The notes under the pieces were generated by a model that was given only the letters and a program-made list of their open reading frames with translations, was not told where the DNA came from and did not search any database. Shown here one piece after another: positions 1 through 13,000 of a stretch of 64,000 nucleotides of DNA. Numbering within the stretch: the stretch's first letter is position 1; every line of letters starts with the position of its first letter. Location of the stretch: positions 62,001 to 126,000 of the forward strand of contig NMRA01000548.1 in NCBI GenBank assembly GCA_002633005.1, read 5' to 3'. The translations under genes and the position numbers were made by a program. This stretch comes from Phoronis australis. Lineage: Eukaryota > Animalia > Phoronida.

Positions 1-100
1 AGGCTGGTGTATTTGTCAGACTGGCGAAAATTAGCGTACAACTGTGACAAGCAAAGCGATAAGGGAAGGGTTAGTGATGCTGACGTTTTAAGCACTTTAA

Positions 101-475
101 GGTTATGTAGGACTCCAGAAAAATGTCCAAATTTGTCTACCTTCAAAACAACATTTCATGAACACTGATATGAAACAAAATTTGATCATGTTACTGATAC
201 TGTTGTTTCGCTATCAATGTACTTTAACCTTTCTTTTTTGCTAAATTTCACTAAAGACATGGCCACGTGCGTCACTTAGTGGCAGACTGGTAGAAAGTCA
301 AAAATCAAATTCTCCAGGCTTTTTATTTTCACTATAGAGTACTGAGTTAAAATTGATAGTTTTGCAGATATTTCACTAAACACAGACTTGTTAATTTATT
401 TATTTATTGTAAAATTTAAAATGAAGGTGGCCTCTTCAGTGACAGCATTGCTTTCCAAGAGGACCCTACATAACC
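101..475. mobile_element. Non-autonomous TTAA-targeting DNA transposon (Kolobok-type termini)
   Basis: TTAA at 97-100 followed by GGTTATGTAGG; inverted copy CCTACATAACC ending at 475 followed by TAAA. The internal sequence (ctttttttgctaaatttcactaaa...) recurs at ~3360-3510 and inverted at ~32290-32500. Confidence 0.6.
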
Positions 476-560
476 TAAAATACTTATCTAACTACCTGAG
501 CAGGCAAAGGTGGCCACTATTTCAATTGATCAAAACTTCACCCCAAACAGGCTCACGTAC

Positions 561-3500
561 TTTCCCAGCCAAATCTTCCTCTCATTACTCAGACTAGTAA
601 TGAAATCGATGATAGCATCAATGTTCACATAACAATCGTCATCAGTCTTCAACAGGTATTCATAAGATATGTTGTTTGCCCTTAACCTGCAAATTACGAG
701 GGTAATTTGTCTCAGGTACATGTATTTGAACTTAGAACATCATTAAAATAACTGGAGGATTTGAAGGAAAAAGATGATAGACAGAATCATAGACTTTCAA
801 CGTACAACTGAGAAAACTGAATGTAGAATAAATTGGTTCCGATTCATCAGCTAAAAACCCTTTTCAGGAAAATTTTCAAAGCAATTAACCTGCAAACTGT
901 TTGTAAATGTTCCTTAGTCTCTAGTCAATATTTGCAAAGCCAGAGAAGTGTGCAGCAACCAGGTTTTAGTACTCGAAGGTGAATGAGTGAACCAAGCAAA
1001 TTTAATTGCCTTTCAAATTCTATAAAATGTTACCATTGGATTGAATGACATTTTATGGCAGAATGAAAGTAACAAGACAATTATCAAACCCATCTCTTAT
1101 ACCCTTATCATCACAGTGATTTTAAAAATACTGATGATTTCCCCAACTTTAATTATTGTATTGTACCCCAAAGGCTGATAAACCAGGTAAATTTTCGCAA
1201 CTGGATTGACTCAACCCAACAAGATTCTTTTGTCTGCTTGGAAAGTTTTCTTCCAAATTTTATTTGCTGTTTCAGAAGAAAGAATATTACAACATGCAAC
1301 TCCAAAACACAACAAATGTCATAAATAGCCTTCTTGGAGAACCCTTCAAGGCTTACTAGCCAGCTGCCTTGATTTTACTATGGAGATGCATCATTCTGTA
1401 CCTGGCACCAGCGAAGATCTGTGCAATAATTGTCCTGGAAATTCTATAGAACTTGTATTCTCAAATAAAATGGAAAAATATCATCTCTAGGCATTCAGCA
1501 CATAAATAATTATATACCGATCTTTGCAGTAAACACTGCCAAGAACTGTAAAAAAATATTAGCCTGCCAAAACTGAGTAGAAACATTTCGAGAATTAAAT
1601 TTCTGCATTTTATTTTAACCCTTTTCAATTCAAACAAAGGATAAAAACACAACGCTGCTTTAGACACGACAACAAGGTTTATGACAGATTAATACTGAAT
1701 GCTAAAATCTCAATTTCTATAGTTAAAGGTCACACCCAACAGAAACATATCCAGTAACAGACTGAAGAGGTCTCTTTGTTCACAAAAAAATAACCCAATA
1801 ACGACAGTCTTCAGGAGTTATTACCATTTCAAGAACTCAAGCACCTTCTGTGGCAGATTCCTGTACACGTCCACCGTGTCCACAATAACTATATCATGGT
1901 GCTGCTCAATTTCCCGATGCAGGGTTGTCTTCTCAGCCACCAGTTTCTCAGTGTGTTGAGCAAGTCTCATCTCTTGACCTTCAATGTGTGATGACACATT
2001 TTGGAACTCTGGAATCAAGAGCTCTTCAGTAATTGATTGATCATTATACGTACTAATAATTTGCGACAGAGCACATAATTACTACTGACAACTGACCGGA
2101 GAGATTTAGAAGGAGGTTATTTTCATGTTGTTGACCATGTCTGAGTGAGAGTGTGTGTGTGTGCATGATGAAACCTACAGGAGAGGACAACAACTGACCA
2201 AGGATCAAAGGATCAATCATCCATGCAAAACAAGAGCAGTGCAGAGCATCGTTATGCAATCTAAGTGTGCATCATAAACAGCCAATATGCAACAGGTGCT
2301 CATTAATTCAGATATTCCCACCAGAGGGAGCAACTAGTAGACTCATCAAAGTCTCTCAGGCATACAGTGCATATCAACCAAAAATTGACAGATAACCTCC
2401 TCCCATTTAGGAAAGTAAAATTGGGTGAATTTGTATAACAATCAAAAGATGTCATTTAGCTGTATAAAAGCAACATGTTTTTCCAAAAATAAACTGCACT
2501 AAAAGTACTAAGCAAAATGTGATATCTGGGTTGAAGACCGATAGTCTTAAATTACTATCCAGTATGTGGTACAATTACACCTATGACTCCGTGTTACAAG
2601 AAATTCCCAGAGTCTAAAAGAATTTTCCATGTTAACACAGTTGTACCTACCTTGCTCATCTTTCAGAGTATAAACCATAGACATTACTGGTGTAAACACT
2701 TGTAATGTGTTATTTAACATCACACCCTGAAAATAACAAAATGATGTTAAACATTAACAAGGGAAGAGTCCCATTTTAGACACAGATTTCATAAATCTGA
2801 AAAAATTACTTACAACAGACAATCAAAATTAGAAAATTTAAATATCAATGTATTTATGTTGGGAACAATGACTACCGAAGGCTAATGAACTAGAATTTTG
2901 AACATTAGTCCTGTTATATTGCTTGAAAATAAACAACCCACTGTCGCCTTTCCACAGGCCGAACACTTTCAATGAACATTCATGCCACTGACTTATTATT
3001 ATTTATTAAGGATATGTAAGACCCTCGAAACTGGCCAAACATGGCAAACTTTGGAACATCGTATCTCAGGAATGGCTGGTCGGATTCACAAGAAGCTTTC
3101 ATATACCATGCTTTATGCGTTGTTCTCCAAAACGCCGTTAGGAATTGTTTTTAAATTTTTCCACTTTTGCATGAAGGGCTATCAAAAATAAGATTTTTAT
3201 GATTTTTAAGAAAAAAAACTCAAAAGTTGAATACAACAAAAATGAAATAATTCAGCCAGTCAACCGTAACAGCATTTTTGAGCTTTCATCTTGAACATTT
3301 ATATCGAACAAAATTTGGTCATGCTATTGATATCACTGCTTTGCTTTGACGTTTCATTCTTTTTTGCTAAATTTCACTAAAAAGACACATGGACACATGA
3401 CCTAATTGACAGCAGATTGGTATGAAGTAAGAAAGCTATTTCTAATTTCACAAAATGTATACTTTTATTGAGTTATAATCTATAGTTTCATAGATATTTG

Positions 3501-6500
3501 ACTAAATACACTGACAAGTCGACAAAGTCCTACGTAAGCTAATACACACTAAAAGCTCTCCATACACTCAATAATTGGATTCACCAAATCAATGCAAGGT
3601 GGGTTTTATAACCTGTTTTTGAGACACGTGATCCAAACACAAACAAATAACAATCCTGTCATATCCAGTTGAGTATCAGCTGTTCGCGAATAAAGGTCGT
3701 GTAAATTTCATTTGACAGGTGGTGATAAGTTGTTTGAAAAATGAAAAGTGTTTAAATGTTACCAATAACCCCACACCAAAAAATCATAGAAACTACTCTT
3801 AGAATATTGAAAATCACCAAGTTTTTATGGGAATAGTAGCAAGTCAACTGAACAGAATCAACAGTTTATAACCATACCCTAAACTGGACAAGTCCATAGT
3901 TATTATAAGTGACATAGACAGGTGAAATGTGGGCGTAGTTGGATAGATCGACGTCAACTTCAAGTGCTGCTTCGTAACCCTGAAATAATATAAAGCATAA
4001 CATGTAGTAAGAACTGAGAGAGCATCAAAATGTGAGCTAAACAAAAACAGTGATAATTCTTAACCAGGCTGCCTGAACAACATTGCTCACGTGCGTATGA
4101 ACATAGCTCTTCACTTACAAACATGGCTCAGGGGCCTGAAACTCAATTCACTGACACAAAATATCTTGCCCCCAATCACGACATGCATCCTAAAATCATG
4201 GCTAACAGATTCGCGTCCAATAAAAAGTACGACTCACCAACCACAAACACTATGGATAGAAACTACCTTTATATTCGCAGAATCAAAACGGCCCATTTGT
4301 GTTAATTAAGTGATTATGTTGAGCGCAGTAATTGTGGAATCAGCGTGCTGATTTTAAGAATCACCACACGGTGATTTTAGAACCATGGCAGTGATTCTGG
4401 AAACACTGTGGTGATTGTTGAAGTCAACTTACATCAATTCTCCACTTATTTTACGCAAAAATAATTGCGAAAATGGTAATTTTTTTCATTTTTCAATGGC
4501 TGAATGCCTTTTTTCAAATAAGGATAGCTCCTGTATCAGCAAATGTTGTTTTATGACATGCACACACAACAATCTAGCAAGATAAAATGTTATTAATCTT
4601 TGTGGAGAAATTAAACAAAATAGAATTTCCTGTGTCGGCCATGTTGTATGCTAAATAAGTGAAAAATTGTCCTATATGGGAAATGGTCTGATATAACGTG
4701 CCCGACTTTTGAGAACCAGTTTTCTCCACTGAATAATGGACATCAAGCTGGTTCTCAAAATACAGGTACGTTATATCAAACTATTGCCCCTATATGTAAC
4801 TATAAGGATTTATATATACTGAATTTTGTGAAGTAATTTTACATGAAGGAATCACAACTTTCACGTTACAATCAAAATTTTACTACTACACAGATATAAC
4901 AGGAGTGTTGCACAGGCTTTTCTCACCTTAGGAAGAATGTAGCTTTCCACAGGCTTGTAAAGATATCCACCCTGGACAACGCCGGCATTACCCGAGCTGA
5001 AGGTGGCACTAGTGACAACCGTCAATGATATGCCATCCAACAGTTTGACCATTATTGGCCGCGTAGAATTTCGCACAAGTTCCTCTAAAATACCCAGCGC
5101 ACCGACAACAATTTGCTGACTCGTCTAAATGCAAATTTTATAAAACCAAAGTTTTGAAATCAAATTAAGTGAACAAATAGTCAAAGCATGCAAATTAAAA
5201 AACTCAAATAGTAATCCATTTTCCATAATGATATTAAGTTTGATACTCTCAATTTTCATTACGACCCCATTTTATCTTAAATTTTACACAACTTTGTCAC
5301 TAATCACCAAACAGTACCTACAGAGATCAAATTACAAACAGCTTGATCACCAAGAAAACACATACAGACCAGAATACAACATGCAACTGGTCATCAATTA
5401 TTATAGCACACTGCCATTTTAATTGTCAAATTCTCCACAAGGAATGAATTGAAATCAAACCTTTGAAAACCAAACATTATACTGCAGTCTTAATTTAAAA
5501 TTATTTTTGACAAAATATTTTTTTTGCATAAATCCAAAAAGCATTTCACTTAAAATATACATTACTTGACTAAATACAATACATTTTGAAGAGTAACAAC
5601 CATTTTCAAATTTGGACAAAATAACCTACCACAAGAGAAATACTAGCACTCAGGCTTGGCAGAAGAGTTCCCTTATGCTTGTCAGTTATCTCAAACAGTG
5701 TCACCTCATCCTGAGCTGAAGCAGGCAGTTTGGGTAACCACGGTGCACAGCCATACTTATCTAATCTGTCTGGCACAGGAATTGTACACGGTGACCCCAC
5801 AATGAACTTCAGAAGAATTCTGAAAAATCATGCGGCAGTAATTATGCAATGAGTTTGCAAGTTAACATAGGCGAAACAATGGTCAGACACTTAAAGCTTA
5901 ATTTCAACGTAATTTTGTTATATTTTAGATGTACTGGGCTAACCAGATAGTCCTAGAAAAACCTTAGCAAAATAAGAAAACCTGAGTTTAATCACGCAAA
6001 TGTAAGCCCATCAAATGATAAGTGAAGATGCCTTTTCGTGCCATGTTACGTCACCGCGAGATCCCAGCACAAATAACAAAAGGTTGTATTGAATAGGGGT
6101 CTGAATAGAACATCATTACGTACAGGTGTTATTCGCAGCTGTTTGAATTAAAAGGTGATTCTTGCAGTGACGTAGACAAAAGCAGGCTAATACATCTCAT
6201 AGTTCGTTACAATTGGCAATTTATGGTACTAGTGGGCTCAGAACAAAATTTACACGTGTTACCATTGAAGATAGGTTTTAAAGCTGTTATAAACCATGTG
6301 CTGGTGTTTTAAAAAAACATTGACTTTCTCCACAGGTGAATTTTGTCTTCCAGTGCAACATCAAAATTTGTTAATCTTTGTTTGGATTTAAATTTGTTAC
6401 ATTCCCTGGATGGCCACACTGCCTGGGCAACCAATCACAACAAGCAACTTTACGAGTCTTACTTGTTTTTCTCAAGCATAGAAATTATTTCTAATCTAAG

Positions 6501-8558
6501 CAAGGACCACGATAAGACCATTTTATAATGTGGAAGGTAAGAATTTTTCTCGTTCATTTCCTGTGGCAGCGATCTTAAAGTCCAAATCAAGTGTTTTTGT
6601 GTTGTCTTTACTGAAAATGAATGCTCTAGTTATGTAAGAGCGAAAATGTCAATTAAATACAGTCCTCTGCCTTCAGAAACACTAGAAAAATGACGTAAAT
6701 GGACTACCAAAATCTATATCAAGGTCTGTATGCATTCATTGCCATTGAGCAACTCCCTGCAGAACACAGCTTTGTATCAGCTATAGTGTGTTGTCAGTGG
6801 TACGGAATGCACACAATAAAACGTTAGCCTTTTTCTGGGACACTAACATCACTTTTCAATTGTTGCCAGGGCCCATGAGAAAGGTACGAAATGCTGAAAA
6901 ATATCTTTCCAAGATAACTTAACTAGGGGTTAGTATTTCTAATAAAGGTGACATCAAAAATGTTTGCTTTCCATACTGGCCCAGCACTGCTTCACAAGTA
7001 CTATAGGAAGAAAATTGTTCTATGGAAGTCTATAATGTCACAACAGTACTAACATATAAAATTAACAGAAACAACCATTCGGTAGTTTAATTAGCAGATG
7101 ACACAATGTTTACCTGGATGGCACAATGTTTACCTGGATGACAAGGACGAGTTCAGCAGGGTCATCCATGTGTCCCGAATGGCTTGTCTTTGTTCAAAGT
7201 GATCCCGGGCTGACAGAACACCTATGACTAATACATGGTTTGATTCAACTGGAACAAGAGAAATTAATGACTGATTGGGAGACTATTAAACACAAATTAA
7301 AAAGCACAGTTTTATGGAAAAAATGGCTGATATTATCATACCAGCTGAGGCTATGAATTTCCATTACACACTCTCTTTTCCGAATTTAAATGAACGTGCG
7401 TTTATTTGGTGCCACTGAAACGCTTGAAAACTTTCATTTTCCGAATACACCCCCATGGGCTTCTCTACGGAAAATCCCGGTAATATACTGTCCTAATCAC
7501 AATTCTCTCATTTTCCATTTTTTATCCTAACTATGCAAATTCTAGGTCACCTGATCAAGTGACCTTAGGCATAAGAAAACAAGGCTGTCATCAAATGATT
7601 TTAACATTTGGCAAAGTAAATTGCACAGGTAATAGGATACAGAGCTTGGCATGACCAATGACAAAAAGGAGGAAAATTGTACAGGTGGTGTATCGTTCCA
7701 CAAATACATAGGCTTGTGTGATAGAATTTTTTTCTGCTGTGAAATTTAACTGATCTAAATGTTTTTGCATGAATAACGTCAAAATAATGATAAAAAGAGA
7801 TGAAAAAAGAAGAAACTGGAAATAAATGAAGAGGAAATCGAAACCAAAAAAGGGGAAATCCTCTTAAAAGAGGAAAATTCCAAGCCCTGAGGATTGCCAA
7901 CAAGAGTTGCCAACAAGAGTAAAGGACCAGTAAAGATCAAAAAAGACACAGTTTGTGGACAAGTAATTCTGAACATGTTGGGCCTAATGGTTTTCAGCAT
8001 ATTTTCACTCAAAAGTTATCACCAGCTCCTGGTGATAACTATCGGTGAGCAAGTTACCTAACAGCTAACGACTGTACTCTTAGCCCTAGGCCTCAGGACC
8101 TTCACCGAGACTCAGTTTGATTTAGTGCAATGAGTCACTTCCAGATCACATCAATGCTAGATCACGTCTCAGGAAAAACTCTGAAGTGTTGGATAAAAAA
8201 GCTTATCTCACAGGATCATCAAATGTTTTTCATGTTTTAGCTCAGTTGATATCAAATTTGGCAAACGTAGTCGTAATCACAGGTGTCCTCAGCTTCTGAT
8301 CGTCCCCAATACACTACATATAATACTATAAGCTTGTAGTGTATTGGGGACGATCAGACCACAGGCACCTTTGGCTTTAAGTAGCCTGTGGTCGTAATGA
8401 GCCCATGGCCATGAAATTTCCCATTTATTAACAAAGACTGGCAGAGAGGCATCATACTTACGGACGTTTCTGCCACCGTTTATATCTTTGGCTATCTTCC
8501 ACAACAATACAGCAGTAGCACCAACAAGAAAACTGAATAAATTCTTCAAAAACGTCAT
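561..8558 (-). CDS. B3GALNT2: UDP-GalNAc:beta-1,3-N-acetylgalactosaminyltransferase 2 (GT31 family), multi-exon, 3' end continues beyond the window start
   Basis: Phase-compatible GT-AG exons: 8462-8558 (MTFLKNLFSFLVGATAVLLWK, type II TM anchor), 7134-7248 (VLVIGVLSARDHFEQRQAIRDTW), 5630-5819 (KFIVGSPCTIPVPDRLDKYGC), 4927-5124 (YKPVESYILPK), 3878-3979, 2651-2726, 1825-2008 (DIVIVDTVDVYRNLPQKVLEFLKW), 561-686 (YLLKTDDDCYVNID, the GT31 DxD motif). The long insert between motif I and the catalytic core is characteristic of B3GALNT2. Confidence 0.9.
3006..3510 (+). mobile_element. Diverged longer relative of the 101-475 element
   Basis: Starts ttaaggatatgtaagacc. Shares aaaatttggtcatg, ctttttttgctaaatttcactaaa and gatattt..ctaaa.ac blocks with 170-385. 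Confidence 0.5.
4673..4795. repeat. Palindromic MITE-like hairpin
   Basis: Arms tatatgggaaatggtctgatataacgtgcccgactttgagaaccag and ctggttctcaaaatacaggtacgttatatcaaactattgcccctata are imperfect reverse complements. Confidence 0.6.
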
Positions 8559-8700
8559 TCCAGCAGTCGCAAATATACTCGGACGTCCATGTTGAATTTC
8601 GCGCCACCTAGTCAAACTCTTCTTTATATGAAAACCCAAAAAATGTAAAACATGGACGATGCGTCGTTGGTTTCCACGGTTAGTGCTAACTGAAATTGTT
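8559..8700. promoter_or_regulatory. Putative bidirectional promoter shared by B3GALNT2 and the F-box/WD40 gene
   Basis: Genes are head-to-head and the region is locally CpG-enriched. AACATGGACG occurs on both strands pointing outward (8584-8593 minus, 8649-8658 plus). Candidate + strand donor ACG|GTTAGT at 8678/8679; YY1-like AAATGGCGGCC at ~8946. Confidence 0.5.
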
Positions 8701-10092
8701 TGCTTTTGTTTATTGTTTGACAGCTAATAGACCCTGCAGAGATTCCTATGTATTATTTTGAGTCTAGGCTTAGATGAGATATGTCTTTGCATTACATCAT
8801 CATGATGTTAGTCTCTGCTAACTGATGTCGTGCCGTTGTGTCGTGCCTTTCGTGGATTGGGTAGTCCGCACTCCGGTCTCTGTCTCTAGACTGGTCTTAG
8901 ACTTAGACAGTACCTCCGTCTGAACTGTTGTGGTGAAGCTGGCTCAAATGGCGGCCATCCTCAGTTTGGATTCAGGATTGATTTACCGACTATCCTCGCG
9001 CTTGCTAAACCATAAGACAAAGTGAGAGTTGGTCACGTCAATAAGTACTTCTCGGGCATAAAACCAGAAGGAAAACTTTGGTGTCTGTTGATGTTTTCAA
9101 ATCCTTCAGACTCGAACACATACTTGAGTAATTGAGATTTCTTTTCTGCCCATGAGTGCATGGTTTCTCCCACACACTCCACCATCTTGAATATGTAATT
9201 ACATGAGTAAACAAACCCAATTTCCCATGTCAGTGGACGAGAGAGTAACTGTCGATTAACTTGTCAAAAAGTTACAATCGTGCCTTCTCAACAAATCCTG
9301 AGTTGTCACAAACTCATTTCTCTTCCTGAGAACCACCAGTATTCAACTTTGGAGTACATTGTAAAATGCCGATGCCATCAATTAAAAACCGGTTCACTTT
9401 CACGTGATTATTTTTTGTGATATTGGAGATAGGGCCAGCTACATTACAAGGCAAATACTGTTAGGTTATCAGTGTTTTATCTTGGGGCGTTGATCGTGGT
9501 ACACAAGCTTAAGTCTGCTGTTAATTGTCAGATTTTTATTATTTACCCCCATTTAAAAGTTCACAAAACTTTGTTTAATTTAGTCGTAGATTTATCCAAA
9601 AATAGGCCTCTGGGAAGTGTTGTGTCATGTTTGAGAAGCATACATGCCATAAAAGACCTCAGGAAATAACAGACATCAAAAAGATTATAATAAAAATTTC
9701 GAAAGCAAATATTTCCGTATAATTGAAAGGTTCTCGTTACGTAGGTTATTGAGAATACCTTGTAAACTTTCCACTGGAGTGTATGACAGCTTTGATACAT
9801 ATATGCCTGGACCAATATATTTGGCACAGCCAATGCTAGGTCGTATATTTCTTGTATTTGACTTTTGGCCCAAAAGTATCTTCTGCCAAGTCTGGTAGGG
9901 AAATCCTACACTGATTTTCTTCATGCTTGAATACGTTGCTGTTTTGATCACTGACCCAATTTAGATGTGGTCTGTACTTAACAGAGACCTGTTATTAATT
10001 AGTCAAAAGAAATAATATGTCTTTGTTTTCTGTTTCAGGTATAAAACAACAGAACTGTGTTACCTGCTTATAGACATGTGATCTATCACAAC

Positions 10093-13000
10093 ATGGACTT
10101 TGTGGATTATCTGCCCAAAGAACTGAGTGATGAAATATTCACGTATCTGCCAGCTAAGACTCTCGGCATCGTAGCACTTTGTTGTCAAAAATGGAGAGAG
10201 CGCTCACAGCAAGACTTGTTTTGGTATTCACGTTTCTTTGAATTTATATGCAGTAAACATTGATTACTTATCGCCGGAAATTGGATCTTTGTCACCAAAA
10301 TTCTGACAGTAACAATGTGAAACAGTCATATCAATTTCAAATCAAGATTTGTTTAGTGTAATGATTAAATTGATGTAGTCCAGTATGTTAACGATACATG
10401 TTAGATATTAAGAGAAATTATAGGACAGTCATATGATATCGTGTGCTTGTTGAAATTTTTAGATTATATTTTGTTAAACTTAGTGTGAACTTTGCTCTTT
10501 TTTGTTTTATAGCATTTTGTTTTTTAGTTACATTTCTCATGTTTCACTTCTGTTTTCGTAAATTTTTAACACTTATCTGTTAGCTAATGTTATGAAGGAA
10601 AAGGTCCATTTGGATATTGAAGTATAAGAATCCATCCAACTTCAGATGATGATTTAAAGTTGTTACTAAGTTGTTTAATCCATGGCAGGATTCACCATTG
10701 TATGGTGAAAGGCTGGATGAAATATGGATTAAGGAGCAACATTCTAGCTGAAGAGCACATGCAACCCACAAACAAGACAAATGTGTCGGGGAAACTCGCC
10801 CGTTTTTATTGAAGAAGGTAATTGTCTTGAAAGGAAAATGATTAAGCCAGGGGTGGATCCAGGATTTTTTAAAGAGGGGGGGGTTCAAGCATTTTTTTAA
10901 AACGGGGTCCAAGTTAACAATATCACTAAAATTAAGGGGAAAAGGGGGGTCCAGACCTTGCTTGACCCCTTGGATCTGCCTTTGTAAGCAGCTATCAACT
11001 CCCATTCTGTCCATGAAGTGATCTATCATTCAGATAACTTGTTCCTTAGGCAGATCATTGAGAAGCAATTTCTGTGACAAACTAAGTTTTTGAGATTGGC
11101 CTCAATCACTTGTGACCTGTCAGTTCTTTTGAAAACTTGAAATTACCACAAATTTGACTATTAAGGAACAACTTGAGACCAATTTCATAAGGTTATGTGA
11201 TCTAAATCAAAAGTTGGTTTTTGCAGTCGAAGGTGGTCTCCATGATGGCAAGTAGCAGCCTATGTTGATAAAACAAGGATGGATTTAAATCAGCATGACA
11301 TGTTTTGGCGTTTATTAAAAATCCATCCTCAGAAGCAAAATGGTGGCCACCTTGCTAGACCCAGCAAGTCTAGCAAGGTGGCCTCTGTATTTGCTTTTGA
11401 GGATGGTGTTTTAATAATTGCCGAAAAAGGTCAAGGCAATTTAAATCCATCATTGTTTTTATAGCCGCTTTGGTCTTTAAAGAACCACTCATTAAATAAT
11501 ACATGACCTTAATTTTTTTCTTTTTAGGTTTAATTAAATTATATTAATTTGCACTGGGCAAAATATTCCTGTTTAACATTTTGAAATCTGTAAACTTAAG
11601 GAGAAATTGTCAACAATAGAGTATAACCCAGCTGTCTCAAAAAGCATGTTGTATTTAAATAAACCAACATAACCTTTCAAATTTCGAAATTTAGACTAGA
11701 AACATGCTTTTGACAAAGCAGCTCTCCTTGATTTTTAAACAACCTACAGAGTAACTGTATGCAGCTTTTCTATTAATTTTTGTTTGGTTTTCATTTTCCG
11801 TTGTAGCATTTGCTTAATTTGCTTTTGAAACTAAGTTCCTATCCTTGTTATGTTGCTCTATTTCACTGTGTGGATTTCAGTTTGTGAAATAGACTTGAGT
11901 ATTTGAGTAAGACAGTGTACATACTTATTGGAAATGGGATATTTTTGTCTTCTTTACATTGTAGTGCCAAAAGACTCTAGTTTAGAGCCAATGCCAAAAT
12001 GGAAAAGTGTGTATGTTCGAGTTCTTCACTTGAATAATAACTGGACTTATGGAAAATATATAGTAGCACCACTGCTCCGTGGTCACAAAGACAGAGTTAC
12101 TGCAATGGACTGTGATGGTGAGTTGAAACTGTTGCTCTGTTTTGAAATGTTTAATTTTTTAATAAAATTTCTTGGTACTAGATTTTCCTTAATTCAGCAT
12201 GCTGTAACAGATTTCGACCCTTCATCTTGCATGAGATTTTTACCTATTCGAATATCTCCAAATTCTTTAGGAGAATTCTGATAAGGGATAAGAATTTTAC
12301 ATGGTCTGTATGTGCACAAGCCAAATCAGTCTATTTTGTAAAGAATTCATGCATTGGTGATACCACTAGGTGGGATCTCTTTTGCAGCTTGCCTAATCAA
12401 AAGAAACTGATTCAGAATTATCTAAAGGGAGTGTTTTCTGTCACCTGATGTGATAATATAGGACCCAGACATTCAGAGCTGATGAAGTAGAAGTCTGTTT
12501 TTTTTAAATGTAATCACTATGTTTATCGTGATAATGCCTTAAACTTGTTTCTGAGGACAATTCCTTTAAGTTGAGTACACTGTCTTGTAATGTGCATAAT
12601 TTTTGCAGGAAAGCTTCTAGCCACAGGTAGTGACGACAGCAGTTTCATAGTGTGGGAAGTCATATCTGGTCAAATTCGACACAGACTCAACTATCACTCA
12701 GATGCCGTAAATGTCATTAAGATGAAGGTATATAATTCTGGGAATCAACAACAAATCGTAGTTTTCTGGAATTGCTGTTTCAAAAAAATGTCTTCTGCAA
12801 TTCTTAGTCATTGTCTTTCCATGCTTCTTGTGCCTTGTGTTATGTGACCGTTCTTTTTTCACTGGAAGAACCTGGTTGGGGCTGGAAAATGCTTTCAGTT
12901 TGCTTTGTACAGCCTGCATAGAGTCTGTTACTCTGGATGAAAATAAATTTGTCATGAGGTTGGCCAATTGCATTTTGGGAAGCTGAACTGTACAGCAATG

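Noticed and set aside
2053-2259. Extra B3GALNT2 exon starting at the acceptor near 2175
   Set aside because: Runs into an in-frame stop and has no family similarity; the acceptor at 2009-2010 gives a clean in-frame join.
10224-10232. U12-type intron donor (gtattcac)
   Set aside because: Does not match the GTATCCTT consensus; treated as an ordinary U2 donor.
10580-11029. 149-aa minus-strand ORF
   Set aside because: Antisense to an F-box exon plus a MITE; no protein-like features.
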